Source: Diplonema japonicum | Lineage: Eukaryota; Protista; Euglenozoa: Diplonemea | NCBI GenBank assembly: GCA_964019335.1 | Contig: OZ025663.1 | Location: 1 to 64,000, forward strand | DNA: 64,000 nucleotides | Reading direction: 5' to 3' | Part shown: positions 1-9,463 of the stretch, in pieces | How positions within the stretch are numbered: the stretch's first letter is position 1 | Layout of the letters: every line of letters begins with the position of its first letter | Notes under the pieces: model-generated | What the model was told of the DNA's origin: nothing | Databases searched by the model: none | What the model saw: the letters and a program-made list of their open reading frames with translations, nothing else | Position numbers and translations under genes: made by a program

Positions 1-460
1 GGGTTTGCGGGTTTGCGGGTTTGCGGGTTTGCGGGTTTGCGGGTTTGCGGGTTTGCGGGTTTGCGGGTTTGCGGGTTTGCGGGTTTGCGGGTTTGCGGGT
101 TTGCGGGTTTGCGGGTTTGCGGGTTTGCGGGTTTGCGGGTTTGCGGGTTTGCGGGTTTGCGGGTTTGCGGGTTTGCGGGTTTGCGGGTTTGCGGGTTTGC
201 GGGTTTGCGGGTTTGCGGGTTTGCGGGTTTGCGGGTTTGCGGGTTTGCGGGTTTGCGGGTTTGCGGGTTTGCGGGTTTGCGGGTTTGCGGGTTTTGCGGG
301 TTTGCGGGTTTGCGGGTTTTGCGGGTTTGCGGGTTTTGCGGGTTTTGCGGGTTTGCGGGTTTGCGGGTTTGCGGGTTTGCGGGTTTGCGGGTTTGCGGGT
401 TTGCGGGTTTGCGGGTTTGCGGGTTTGCGGGTTTGCGGGTTTGCGGGTTTGCGGGTTTGC
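1..460 (+). repeat. (GGGTTTGC)n tandem octamer array, about 57 units, telomere-like or satellite
   Basis: Near-perfect 8-bp repeat from base 1, with a few GGGTTTTGC variants near 290-350. The G-rich strand runs into the window. Confidence 0.95.
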
Positions 461-527
461 ATTCGGGCGTCCAGAAGGGCATCCAGCTGGTGGGCCACCG
501 TGATTGGGGGTCCACCTCCCTGTCCCT

Positions 528-2696
528 TCACTTCCCTCCCGGACGACTCCTCAGCTTCGGTGGTTTTTTCATTGCCGAAGGAGTCCTCTGTGAGGTCAGT
601 GTTGGATTCAGTTTGTCTGTTCCTTCTTTTTCCCCCTCCTTCTGCGCCTCCGCGTGCTCATCATCCAAATCCATGGGGGGAGGGCCACCACCTCCTTGCA
701 ACGCGCCCCCTGCCAGCGTCAAGTCCGCAAAGGGGTCCAGGTGTTCGGCCTGAAAGAGCTTATCCTCCGTCTCGGCTCGTTCCTTCGCCGCTTGCTTGGC
801 GTCCTCCTTCTTTTTTCTGCGCCCTGAGCTTCTAGGCGGGCCCAAGTACACCGGCAGGTAGTGACCTCTCGATCCGCGTCTTGTCTTCCTCAGCTTTACC
901 GGTCCGAATCTCTGGGTCGGGTCAGCACCAGCTTTCCCCACCATCACTTCCGACATGGCCCAGAGCGACATCAGCCCCCCTATCCAAACTGAAGTGCTTC
1001 CCACCAGAGTGCCCCCTACTGCTAGCCAAGCGAGCTCCCCGGCGGACCATTCATCCCCTCGGGGCCCCACCTGTACCCTTGACCTGCGGGTGGTCCTCCT
1101 GTCGCCCCCCGGCCTCTTCCACAACACTGCCGCATGCAGGAAGGAGGGGGCCATCCCGATGCCCGCCCCCAGCACCTGCCTCACCCCTGGGATCAGCAAG
1201 AGGGAGACCAGGGCGACCCAGGCCCACGCCCCCAGGTGCTCCCATCTCACCCCTTCCTTGCTGTGTCCCGTCCGTCTGCGGTGCCTCCTTGTGCCGGTTG
1301 CAGCCCCAGGTGCCGGGATTCTGGGTGCCAGGGGTTGGGCCCCAGGCGTTCCCACCTCGGTCCGCTTCAGCCCCATTGCAGGGTCATCTGGCTTCTGTTC
1401 CAGGGCGGCCTCGTGTTCCTCTCTGCGGGCCCTCCTCCTCCCTTCTTTCCTCGCACGACGGTGCCTTTTCTTCTCCTGTCTGGCAGCCTCCCTCGCCCCC
1501 TCCCTCGCCTTGGTCCTCTTCTCCCGACGCCTCTGAAGGGCCGTTTCGCTCCTGTGCCTCCTCCTGTTCTTCTTCCGCTTGGGCGCTGGCTTAGGTTCCC
1601 TGCCACCCATGGCAATCCAGGGGGCTCTTTTCTGTCTTCTCACAAGGGTGTGCAGTGGTGCTCTCACGTCGCCCGCAGCCTCCGCCCCAACCACACCTAG
1701 GCGGGCGGTGGGGGTGGGTGCTGGGTCCCCCTGGTTGTTTGAAAAGAAAAAAGGTTCCTCCTTGTTTGTTTTTTTTTTTTCTTTCCCTTCCACCCTCAAA
1801 AAAAGCCCCCGGCCCTTGGGGACCAGGGTGTACACCTCCGTAGAGGGTCCAGAAAAAATGGGGGGCAGAGAGGGAGGGGCACTACCTTCTCTCGGGCGTG
1901 CTGTCTCTCCCTCTGCCTTTTTTTCCTCCGAAGAGGGTCTGTTTTTCACCTCCGTGGAGGGTCCCTCTGGAGAGGGCTCTATAAAAGAAAAAGGGGGGGA
2001 CGAATGGGGGGGGGGAACACTACCCTCTCTCGGGAGTGCCACCTCTTCCCCTCTCTCTCTGTTTTCCTCCGAAGAGGGTCTGTTTTTTACCTCCGTGGAG
2101 GGTTCCTCTGGAGAGGGCTCTAAAAATGAAAAAGGGGGGGACAAATGGGGGGGAGGAGCACCACCCCCTCTCGGGAGTGCCACCTCTTCCCCTTTCTCTC
2201 TATTTTCCTCCGAAGAGGGTTCTAAAAAAAAAAGGGGGGCGGGTGGGGCACTATCCTCTCTTGGGAGTGCCACCCCCCCTTGCCCACAAAAAAGGGGATC
2301 TAAAAAAGGGGGTTCGTCTGTTAACCCAGGGGATGGGTCTTCCTGGGGTGTGCGGGTGAGCTTGGGGCCTACCGCACGCAGGGTGATCGACACCCTGACA
2401 CCAGTGGACATCCCGGACGGGATGTGGTGCGTCCACTGGTGTCTCGCTTCACCTTCCAACAATGCCCATGAGAAGGGGGGCACCAGGTATTTCGCCACCC
2501 TGCCCCCCCTCCTCATGACCATTGTGGTCTCGGTTCCGTACGAGAGGACTAGGACAATCGGTCCCAGCCTCGCGTCGTCCTTGTGGGCGGCAATCCCACA
2601 ACCAGACTTGTACTTGTTGACAAGTACCTGGTTGGGGACCACCTCGAGCCCTGCGGCTGCCATTCTTTCGACCCGTTCTCGAACTGCATGCCGCAC
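528..2696 (-). CDS. AlkB-family 2OG-Fe(II) dioxygenase domain fused to repetitive, charged and hydrophobic segments (element-borne, possibly chimeric)
   Basis: PNQVLVNKY..GIAAHKD...WTHHIP...RVSITLR carries the complete HxD...H...RxSxTxR AlkB signature. The frame stays open upstream to about 2780 (ACPPLNERIP...). The start codon is uncertain. Confidence 0.75.
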   Translation of the reverse strand: MRHAVRERVERMAAAGLEVVPNQVLVNKYKSGCGIAAHKDDARLGPIVLVLSYGTETTMVMRRGGRVAKYLVPPFSWALLEGEARHQWTHHIPSGMSTGVRVSITLRAVGPKLTRTPQEDPSPGLTDEPPFLDPLFCGQGGVALPREDSAPPAPLFFLEPSSEENREKGEEVALPRGGGAPPPHLSPPFSFLEPSPEEPSTEVKNRPSSEENRERGEEVALPREGSVPPPHSSPPFSFIEPSPEGPSTEVKNRPSSEEKKAEGETARPREGSAPPSLPPIFSGPSTEVYTLVPKGRGLFLRVEGKEKKKTNKEEPFFFSNNQGDPAPTPTARLGVVGAEAAGDVRAPLHTLVRRQKRAPWIAMGGREPKPAPKRKKNRRRHRSETALQRRREKRTKAREGAREAARQEKKRHRRARKEGRRRARREEHEAALEQKPDDPAMGLKRTEVGTPGAQPLAPRIPAPGAATGTRRHRRRTGHSKEGVRWEHLGAWAWVALVSLLLIPGVRQVLGAGIGMAPSFLHAAVLWKRPGGDRRTTRRSRVQVGPRGDEWSAGELAWLAVGGTLVGSTSVWIGGLMSLWAMSEVMVGKAGADPTQRFGPVKLRKTRRGSRGHYLPVYLGPPRSSGRRKKKEDAKQAAKERAETEDKLFQAEHLDPFADLTLAGGALQGGGGPPPMDLDDEHAEAQKEGEKEGTDKLNPTLTSQRTPSAMKKPPKLRSRPGGK
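1835..2290 (-). repeat. About 3-4 degenerate ~140-bp tandem units inside the AlkB ORF
   Basis: Recurring CGGGAGTGCCACCTCTTCCC...TTTTCCTCCGAAGAGGGT, translating as repeated EEVALPREG..PP / PSTEVKNRPSSEE. Confidence 0.85.
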
Positions 2697-3342
2697 ACCT
2701 TCGCCATCGTCTTCCGCACCATCTCGTCGAACCTGTGCAAAAATAAAAATGGGGATCCTTTCGTTGAGCGGCGGGCAGGCTTTTTTTTTTTTTTTTTTTT
2801 TTTTAAAAACCTAGAACCCATATCAAACAATCTTTTTCATTTTCTTTCTTTTAAACTTTTAAACTAGGAAGATTAAAAATTTTAAGATAGAAAGAAAAAT
2901 AAGAAAAAGAAAGAAACAACAATAAAAATAAAACACAATTTAAGACTAAAACTAAAATTAAAAATAAAAATAAAAATAAGCTCGATGATTTAAAGGAAGC
3001 CGGTTGGGGCACCCTTTGAATAAAATAAATAAAAATAAAAGTAAAAATAGAGAGGGAGAAGAGAAGCAGACAATCAATTGCTTTCTTCTTTTTTTTTTAT
3101 CCCTTTTTTTTTTTTTTTTTTTTTTTTTCCCTTCCCTAAAGAACGTTTTGACCAAAACATTGTTAAGGGAAAACAAGGACTAAATAAAATAAAAATAAAA
3201 ATAAAAATAAAATGCATGTATGGGGGAGCGCTTTAACGAAAGCATACTAACCCTGTTTCTCTCCCTCTCTTCTTTCTCTCTTTCTTTTTCTTTTTCTTTT
3301 TTTTTTTTTTTTTTTTTTTTTCTCCTTTGTAGTTTTCCCTAT

Positions 3343-3825
3343 TTAACTATCCCTCTCAATTATACTCGCTGTCATCAACCCCCTCCATCTGAAGGGGGAT
3401 GGGGCTTCGGGGGGTCGCGCCTTGGGAGCCCCCCTCCGAAGATGATGGTGACAACCTCCCGACGTAGGTGTCCATCTCCTCCTGCGCCCCACCCCACGCG
3501 CAGGGGCGAGCTGTTTCCTGGACTTTTGGACCTCCACCGACTTCCCTTGTCCGTCCGGGGTTCCCACCATCGTCCCCTCGCTCCCCTCCCTCTGCCTCTT
3601 GTTTGCCCCTTCCTCCTGTTTCACCCGCCTCATCCCCGCCGCGAAATCCCTGTGTCTTTTCCGCGCCTCCAAGACCCTCTGGTACTCCGCCACGGGGACC
3701 ACTTCCCCACCCTCCTCTTGCACCTTCACCAGGTGCAGGTTCCCTTCGGTGCCGTTCGCCATGTTGCTCGCGACTATCCTCCACCTGAACACCTCGGGAT
3801 CCACGTCGGGCTGGGTATTGAGAGT
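3343..3825 (-). pseudogene. Coding-like fragment of unknown function within the element chain
   Basis: GC-rich open frame (QPDVDPEVFRWRIVAS...) with no credible start, bounded by A/T tracts. Confidence 0.35.
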
Positions 3826-3911
3826 GTTTTTTTTTTTTAAAAAGGGGGACTTGAGAAAATAAATAAAAAGGGGGACTTGAGAAAGTTTTTTTTTTTTTTT
3901 TTTCAAAAGAC

Positions 3912-4710
3912 ACACAAGGCACGATAAATCTTAAGAGAAAATAAAAATATTCCAAAACAGACAATCAAGTTCCAACCTGGGAGGAAGGCATGGGTTTCTC
4001 TTTTTCTTTATGGGAGGGAGAGGGGAAGAAGAAGAAGCAACTCCAAATGATAAAAATTCAAAAATAAAAATTTCAAAAAAGTCTTAAAAATAAAAAGTTG
4101 TGACACAACAAGTCCACCGATGAAAAATGTAACCCGAGAGGAGGAGTGGGTCTCTTCTTTTCTTTTTTTTTGGGAGGGGAAGGGAAGGAGAAGAAGAGGC
4201 AAATTCTAAAACATACTAGGGAGGAATGAGTGGGGCAGGGGGTAAAATTTAGGAGGGGGAAAGAGGGAGAAACCAAAAAAGGGGAAAGGGGCAGAGTGAC
4301 CAATGTCCATGCGAAAAAGCATAGAGCGGGGGAAGAAGAAAATCAAAAACAGGAAAAACGCATCACCACAAAAGAAAAAAGAGAATTAAAAAAAAAAACA
4401 CAAGGCGCGATAAACCTTAAGAGAAAATAAAAATATTCCAAAACAGACAATCAAGTTCCAACCTGGGAGGAAGGCATGGGTTTCTGGGAGGGAGAGGGGA
4501 AGAAGAAGAAGCAACTCCAAATGATAAAAATTCAAAAATAAAAATCTCAAAAAAGGCTTAAAAGAAGAAGAGGCAAATTCAAAAACATACTAGGGAGGAA
4601 TGAGTGGGGCAGGGGGTAAAATTTAGGAGGGGGAAAGAGGGAGAATCAAAAAAGGGGAAAGGGGCAGAGTGACCAATGTCCATGCGAAAAAGCATAGAGC
4701 GGGGGAAGAA
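3912..4710. repeat. Tandem duplication (about 430-bp unit plus an internally deleted second copy)
   Basis: ACACAAGGC..TTAAGAGAAAATAAAAATATTCCAAAACAGACAATCAAGTTCC... through ...GCATAGAGCGGGGGAAGAA occurs at 3912-4340 and again at 4397-4710. Confidence 0.9.
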
Positions 4711-4911
4711 CACCTCCTCTTGCGTTCCGTCTTGGATCCATTTTTTATTTTTTTTTTTTTTAAAGTGTGTGTTGGGGGGGAGGGGATCCTTTCGGTAAGC
4801 GGCGGGCAGGCCGACGGGCAAAACAACCCCCCCGGACGACGGCGACGACGGACGACGGACGCAGCGGCAAACCCAGGCAGAGGCGGCAGGCACCAGCAGA
4901 ACACGAACGAC

Positions 4912-4949
4912 CAATAAAGTACAGAAACTGTAGCTTTAGAATCGTTGGT
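4912..4949 (-). ncRNA. Spliced-leader (mini-exon) sequence, diplonemid type, embedded in element DNA
   Basis: Minus strand reads ACCAACGATTCTAAAGCTACAGTTTCTGTACTTTATTG. It has the conserved euglenozoan SL core CAGTTTCTGTACT.TATTG and the diplonemid-like AACCAACGAT start minus the first base. It is followed by GTCGTTCG rather than an SL-RNA intron start (GTATG). Confidence 0.9.
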
Positions 4950-5593
4950 GGCGGCCCATCCCTTCCAAGTACCGGTCCCAACCCTCACTGCAAAACGGGG
5001 CATAGTGCTCCTCCCGGTGTTTCAACCTCGCTCCTGATGTGGGTGTGGTCCCGTAGGCTTCCCCGAACCGGCCAGGGCGTGGAACATGCAGTTCCCATCC
5101 TTCTCCGTCGATCCTCGTCAGCTTGAAGCTCTTCATGATCTCGTCCACTGACTTGCCAGCCCTGGGTTGTTTGTCGGGTTTGCGGCCTGTGTAGTGCACA
5201 GTGCGTGCGGGGGGGGACGAGCACGCCGCAGCACACGTTCCACAGAGGTTCACCTTCATGCTCCTCGCCTGCTCCTGTTTCACAAAATGATGGTGGACCG
5301 CATTGAGGTGTTTAACTAGACAGCTTGCCACACTGGTGCGGAAAGAGCAGCCTTCCATCCGGCATTGATGTTTTTCTGTTCCTTCTTTTTCCCCCTCCTT
5401 CTGCGCCTCCGTGTGCTCATCATCCAAATCCATGGGGGGAGGGTCACCACCCCTCGCAACGCGTCCCCTGCCAGCGTCAAGTCCGCAAAGGGGTCCAGGT
5501 GTTCGGCCTGAAAGAGCTTATCCTCCGTCTCAGCTCGTTCCTTCGCCGCTTGCTTGGCGTCCTCCTTCTTTTTTCTGCGTCTTGAGCTTCTAG
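4950..5593 (-). pseudogene. C2H2 zinc-finger ORF fragment (retroelement ORF N-terminus-like)
   Basis: HQCRMEGCSFRTSVASCLVKHLNAVH is a C-x4-C-x12-H-x4-H finger, followed by CGTC...H. The frame is cut off exactly at the SL sequence. The upstream 219 bp is shared with the AlkB ORF. Confidence 0.6.
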
Positions 5594-5846
5594 CATAGTC
5601 AATGGCACTGTGAAGAACTCCATCACAAAGATCGACACCTCTACAGGCTCCTGCTCCACTCCTGTGGACTTCTCGCACAACCAAGTCCTAGCTTTCACTT
5701 CCAACGTTGCACAAGGTGAATTGTGGTACGGGTCTGTGAACGACACTGGCTCCTACTTGCAGTCCTGCAATCCTGCTACTCGTGCCAGCACGTGCATCAC
5801 GAACAAAGCTGGCCTCCCCCTTACTGACATTGCCGTAAAATACTAG
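5594..5846 (+). pseudogene. 3' fragment of a host gene (beta-strand-rich repeat protein), truncated by the element junction
   Basis: Host-like open frame IVNGTVKNSITKIDTSTGSC...LTDIAVKY* begins abruptly at the element boundary and has no start codon. Confidence 0.45.
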
Positions 5847-6141
5847 CCCCACAAGTGGTGAAAAAATGTTTGTGCTTGTTAGCTGCAAACATCGGTCACA
5901 CTTGCGACGCAGAAGCTGCGTTTCAATACAGCGAACGTATAATTCTTTTTTTTTTTTCTCCATTCTTCTTCTCCCCTTCTTCCTTTCCGTCTTTTTTAAC
6001 CACAACGCTTTAGATCTACTGTTAAAAATACGCATAAGATCTTAGCAGTATGGAATGGCTACCTCTTTTAGCTTTATTTGACACATTTATTTGCTTTTCT
6101 TCATTTTTCACCTCTCTAGACAATGAAAAGAGGCTGCAGCT

Positions 6142-6920
6142 ATGCTCAGCGTTTATGGGGTTAAGAAGGAGATTCATCGAAATGACAAGGAAGCAACACG
6201 TTTAGAGGCAGAGGAGCACATGAAGGTGATCAATGAAGTGACGGTCGATGCTTGTGACATAAGGGTGCATCTAGAAGAAGGCGCACTTGCGGGACTGTGC
6301 AGCGCAAAAGGGATGGTTCAGAGGTTGTAGTTCCTCAAGAGCTGCAAACATACAAAGCAACGATAGAAATGCAAGTGGCACCCCCGGATGGAGAAGAGTG
6401 GCAGATAATAAAGCAGTCCGCAATAGCAGCTGCAGGTGCTTATTACAAAACACGTTTAGGGGTTATGTTGAAAAAGAATGTGACGCCCAAGACTGTGGCC
6501 CACATGGTCCATGTTGCTAGAGTGCAGAGTGCTTACGTGGCTGGACATGGCAGAGACGCAGTCATCGAAAGACTTCTTGTTCGCTGGCAGGAGGAGTTGG
6601 TGGAGCGCTACCCCTTCTTAGATCCTACCCACCCACTACATCTTACATACCTGGAAATAAAGAATTTCTGCCCTCAGCAAGAGAAGGATGCGCCCCATCT
6701 TGACCCGCCCACTCTGTCCCCCGAACGGCGTCCGCAAGCACTACCAGGCCTCCTCCCAGACTACGAAGAGGAAGAAATAGAGCCAGAGGAACAGCCACCT
6801 GAGTATCTGATTATCGAGAAGGTTGCCAGTCTTGTTGCCAAGAAGGGGAATGATTTCGAGGACAAACTACGCGACCCGCAAACGACGGTTACAACGTTGC
6901 GAAAACCTTTTAAACGGTAA
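6142..6920 (+). CDS. SURP/SWAP-domain protein (SF3A1/Prp21-like motifs), possibly disrupted
   Basis: SURP-like motifs SAYVAGHGR...RYPFLDPTHPLHLTY and PPEYLIIEKVASLVAKKGNDFEDKLR. The 5' part is in a different frame (6142-6330), so this is a frameshift or an unresolved intron. Confidence 0.5.
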
Positions 6921-8041
6921 CATGCCTCAACAGCCCTGCTGCAATGGACACGATAACAACGCTGCGAAGGGGATTCTCATTGTTGTCTTATTGAGCGGCT
7001 TGTCTGCACAAAAGTGCAGAGTAACGGAAGTAAATTAAGAGGGGAAGAGCTAGTTCGTCATGATGACCCTTACGACATCTTTGAGTGCCTCGTGTTCCAT
7101 GCGAAATATGAGATGTGTTCCGCAACATTAGCTTATTTGTTGCTTTGATCTCCTTTTGGTCTTACCACTGAGCTGTCGACGGTTCGCAGATCATTTTAGT
7201 TTTTATTTTTGATTTTACTTACTTACTTATTGTATACCCGATTATACGGTAAGTTCCTTTCCCTTATTTATTCTTACTTTTTGTCCTGAAGTAAAAAAAA
7301 AAAAGAAAAAAAAATGAAAAGATGAACAAACCAACCAAACTGGCATAAAGTAAATTGAGGGCAAATCACCCACATAAAATAAAGTGATAAACCGATAGCC
7401 AGAAATCCTAGACCAAATCCTCCATAACATCCTTGGATGCTGTGTGAGTTGCACGTGAGATTAAAGACATACAGTCCGGCACTTCTTCATTTTACAGCAT
7501 GTCGAAATAAAGGGCGCGTACAAGAAGGACCTGATTTATGATTCTAAAAACGCCCGTCAATAGCATCTAAAATTGGTTAATTTCGCCTTTACAGCCACGC
7601 TGTATTAAAATCTTAGCACAAAGGGTGAGAAATTTCTGTTAGGTTTCCCCCTTTTTTTGTTCTTTGAATCTCTATTTCTCTTCTTTTTTTTTCTCTTTTT
7701 TTTTTTTTTTTTCTCTTTTTGGTGATCCTAAAACTCTTTGAGGCACTCTTCCTACTTCACTTACCTATTTAAAACCCAAGGTTAAATGTCCTTTGGCCGC
7801 CAATAGGTTTGAAGAATCAACATCAGAATGTGTGCATAATACTGAAAGGTTTGGAAGTAATAAAAATTCATATTTATTCTACCAAAGAGTCGCTAATAAA
7901 AGTTACTATATTTTTTTTTTAAAAAAGGAAAATAAGAACTAAAAAAACACCACGAAGTGCACATTTGGAAAAAAGGAAAAGGAATGGGGAAAAAAAAGGA
8001 AATTAAGCTGAAGAGAAGCAACGCCCAATCAAGGGCCACGA

Positions 8042-9313
8042 TCACACAGATATGGGGAATAAGGACTTTATTTCGCTTGACTTAAATGTCAGGCGGGGGG
8101 AAAGAAGGAGTTTGAGATGATTGACCATTACGGTGGCCATGAGGTAGAAGCACTTGATGTCGGGGTGGTTGAAGTCTGCGTAGTTGCAGGTCACTGGTTT
8201 TCCAGGGTTGTCCGGGGGGCCCAGAGTTACTAGGTGGGTGCGCTCTGTGAAGCCCCCATCAAGGTCTACCATCGTGACGCCAGTCTTTGCAAAGGCGGTG
8301 TCGATGCGCTCTTTGTACTTCATAAGGAGTGCCTGGTTGGGAGTTGCGTAGAAGGGCTGCGGCCATCCCATCTCGATGAAAAGAAAATGGGTTTTCGGCT
8401 GTCTTTCTTTCAAAGTGCTCAGCAGCTGAGTGATGGTCCTCCACCAGTGTACCTTGCAGTCTTTGTAGCTATGGTGTCGTCCAGTGTTAATGACAACCGC
8501 GTCGTAAGGCCTTCCTTCGAAGCTGCCGTTGCCGAGGATCAGTCGGTTCAGCACAACGCCCATTCGCCGTATAGAGTTTGCGAAGATGTGGTGCACATCG
8601 CCATTTCCAACTTTCATAACACGCAGGTCTGGAATGCCCTGCAAGGACTTTCTGCTCTCTTTCGAGGAATATGTCCCTCCCGTCAGGCCGGGCACCTTAA
8701 TGTGCTTATGGATCTGCCGCGTGCAGTTGTGGGGATTATTGCACGTGAAGCACGACGTCGACAGGTTGAACTCCGGTTCTACTACATCCAATCCACAGCC
8801 GAACAGGTTTCTGTGATTGCACCCCATGCCCCACAAAGTGAGGGCGAGCATTCTTCCCATCGAGTCACCAAGGAATAGCACCTTCTTGCCACGTAAGATC
8901 ATGTGCATGATGTCAGTATCTAAAGGCACGTACCCACACTTGTCTGCCAGTTCATAATTCCAGTTCCATGTTCTTTTGGTGTAATTAAAAGACATCGCGC
9001 AATGAACTTGCTCCGGCAGACAAGTCGCTGCTGCATTGACGCATGAGATCCTCGAGGGTGTGGACTTCCACAACGGGTAGCCCTTTTTGAGCCCAATACG
9101 TTCTGTTTCTTGGATTACGCTGCTCTGGTTTGTAAGATTCTGGGGGTCAACAATGGTCGGCAACTCGTCCCCTGTCTTGTTACTTGGAGGATGCTGTAAC
9201 AAACTCGTGTCTGTATAAGTAAGAGCATCTGGTAGAAAGCTGATGGGGATAGTAATTGGCACGACTACCGCAACAAGGAGGAACAGCAGCCTCTTTTTGA
9301 GTTCATATTTCAT
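8042..9313 (-). CDS. Type II membrane SGNH/GDS-family O-acetyltransferase or esterase (PC-esterase/TBL-like)
   Basis: N-terminal TM helix, KKVLFLGDSMGR and C-terminal DFNH (DxxH). Confidence 0.7.
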   Translation of the reverse strand: MKYELKKRLLFLLVAVVVPITIPISFLPDALTYTDTSLLQHPPSNKTGDELPTIVDPQNLTNQSSVIQETERIGLKKGYPLWKSTPSRISCVNAAATCLPEQVHCAMSFNYTKRTWNWNYELADKCGYVPLDTDIMHMILRGKKVLFLGDSMGRMLALTLWGMGCNHRNLFGCGLDVVEPEFNLSTSCFTCNNPHNCTRQIHKHIKVPGLTGGTYSSKESRKSLQGIPDLRVMKVGNGDVHHIFANSIRRMGVVLNRLILGNGSFEGRPYDAVVINTGRHHSYKDCKVHWWRTITQLLSTLKERQPKTHFLFIEMGWPQPFYATPNQALLMKYKERIDTAFAKTGVTMVDLDGGFTERTHLVTLGPPDNPGKPVTCNYADFNHPDIKCFYLMATVMVNHLKLLLSPRLTFKSSEIKSLFPISV

Positions 9314-9463
9314 GGTACCTTGAGTGTGTTTGTGTTCTATTATGTTGTTGGCGACAAAGGCAAAAGAATTGATGGCTCGTGCCAGCCGTAACCAGGGGAT
9401 GGGAGTAGGACATCACAAAACATGAGAGAGGAACACATCACGCGGTAAAAGAGATGAACGCGC

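Larger units (their letters stand above)
461..5593 (-). mobile_element. Chain of truncated, rearranged non-LTR-retroelement-like fragments
   Basis: GC-rich coding-like blocks are separated by A/T homopolymers. Internal duplications: 616-835 = 5375-5593, 2751-2780 ~ 4782-4811, 3912-4340 ~ 4397-4710. Contains an SL exon, a C2H2 finger and an AlkB domain. No RT or endonuclease is visible. Confidence 0.6.

Noticed and set aside
1-460. Ordinary left-end telomere
   Set aside because: Strand polarity is wrong for a terminal left telomere, which should be C-rich on the plus strand. Kept only as telomere-like.
5-835. Plus-strand ORFs of (RVCGFAGL)n
   Set aside because: Translation artefacts of a stop-free 8-bp repeat.
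4800-4949. Functional SL-RNA gene
   Set aside because: There is no GTATG-type intron start, no evident Sm site or T-tract terminator, and no tandem array, and the upstream sequence is an ORF fragment.
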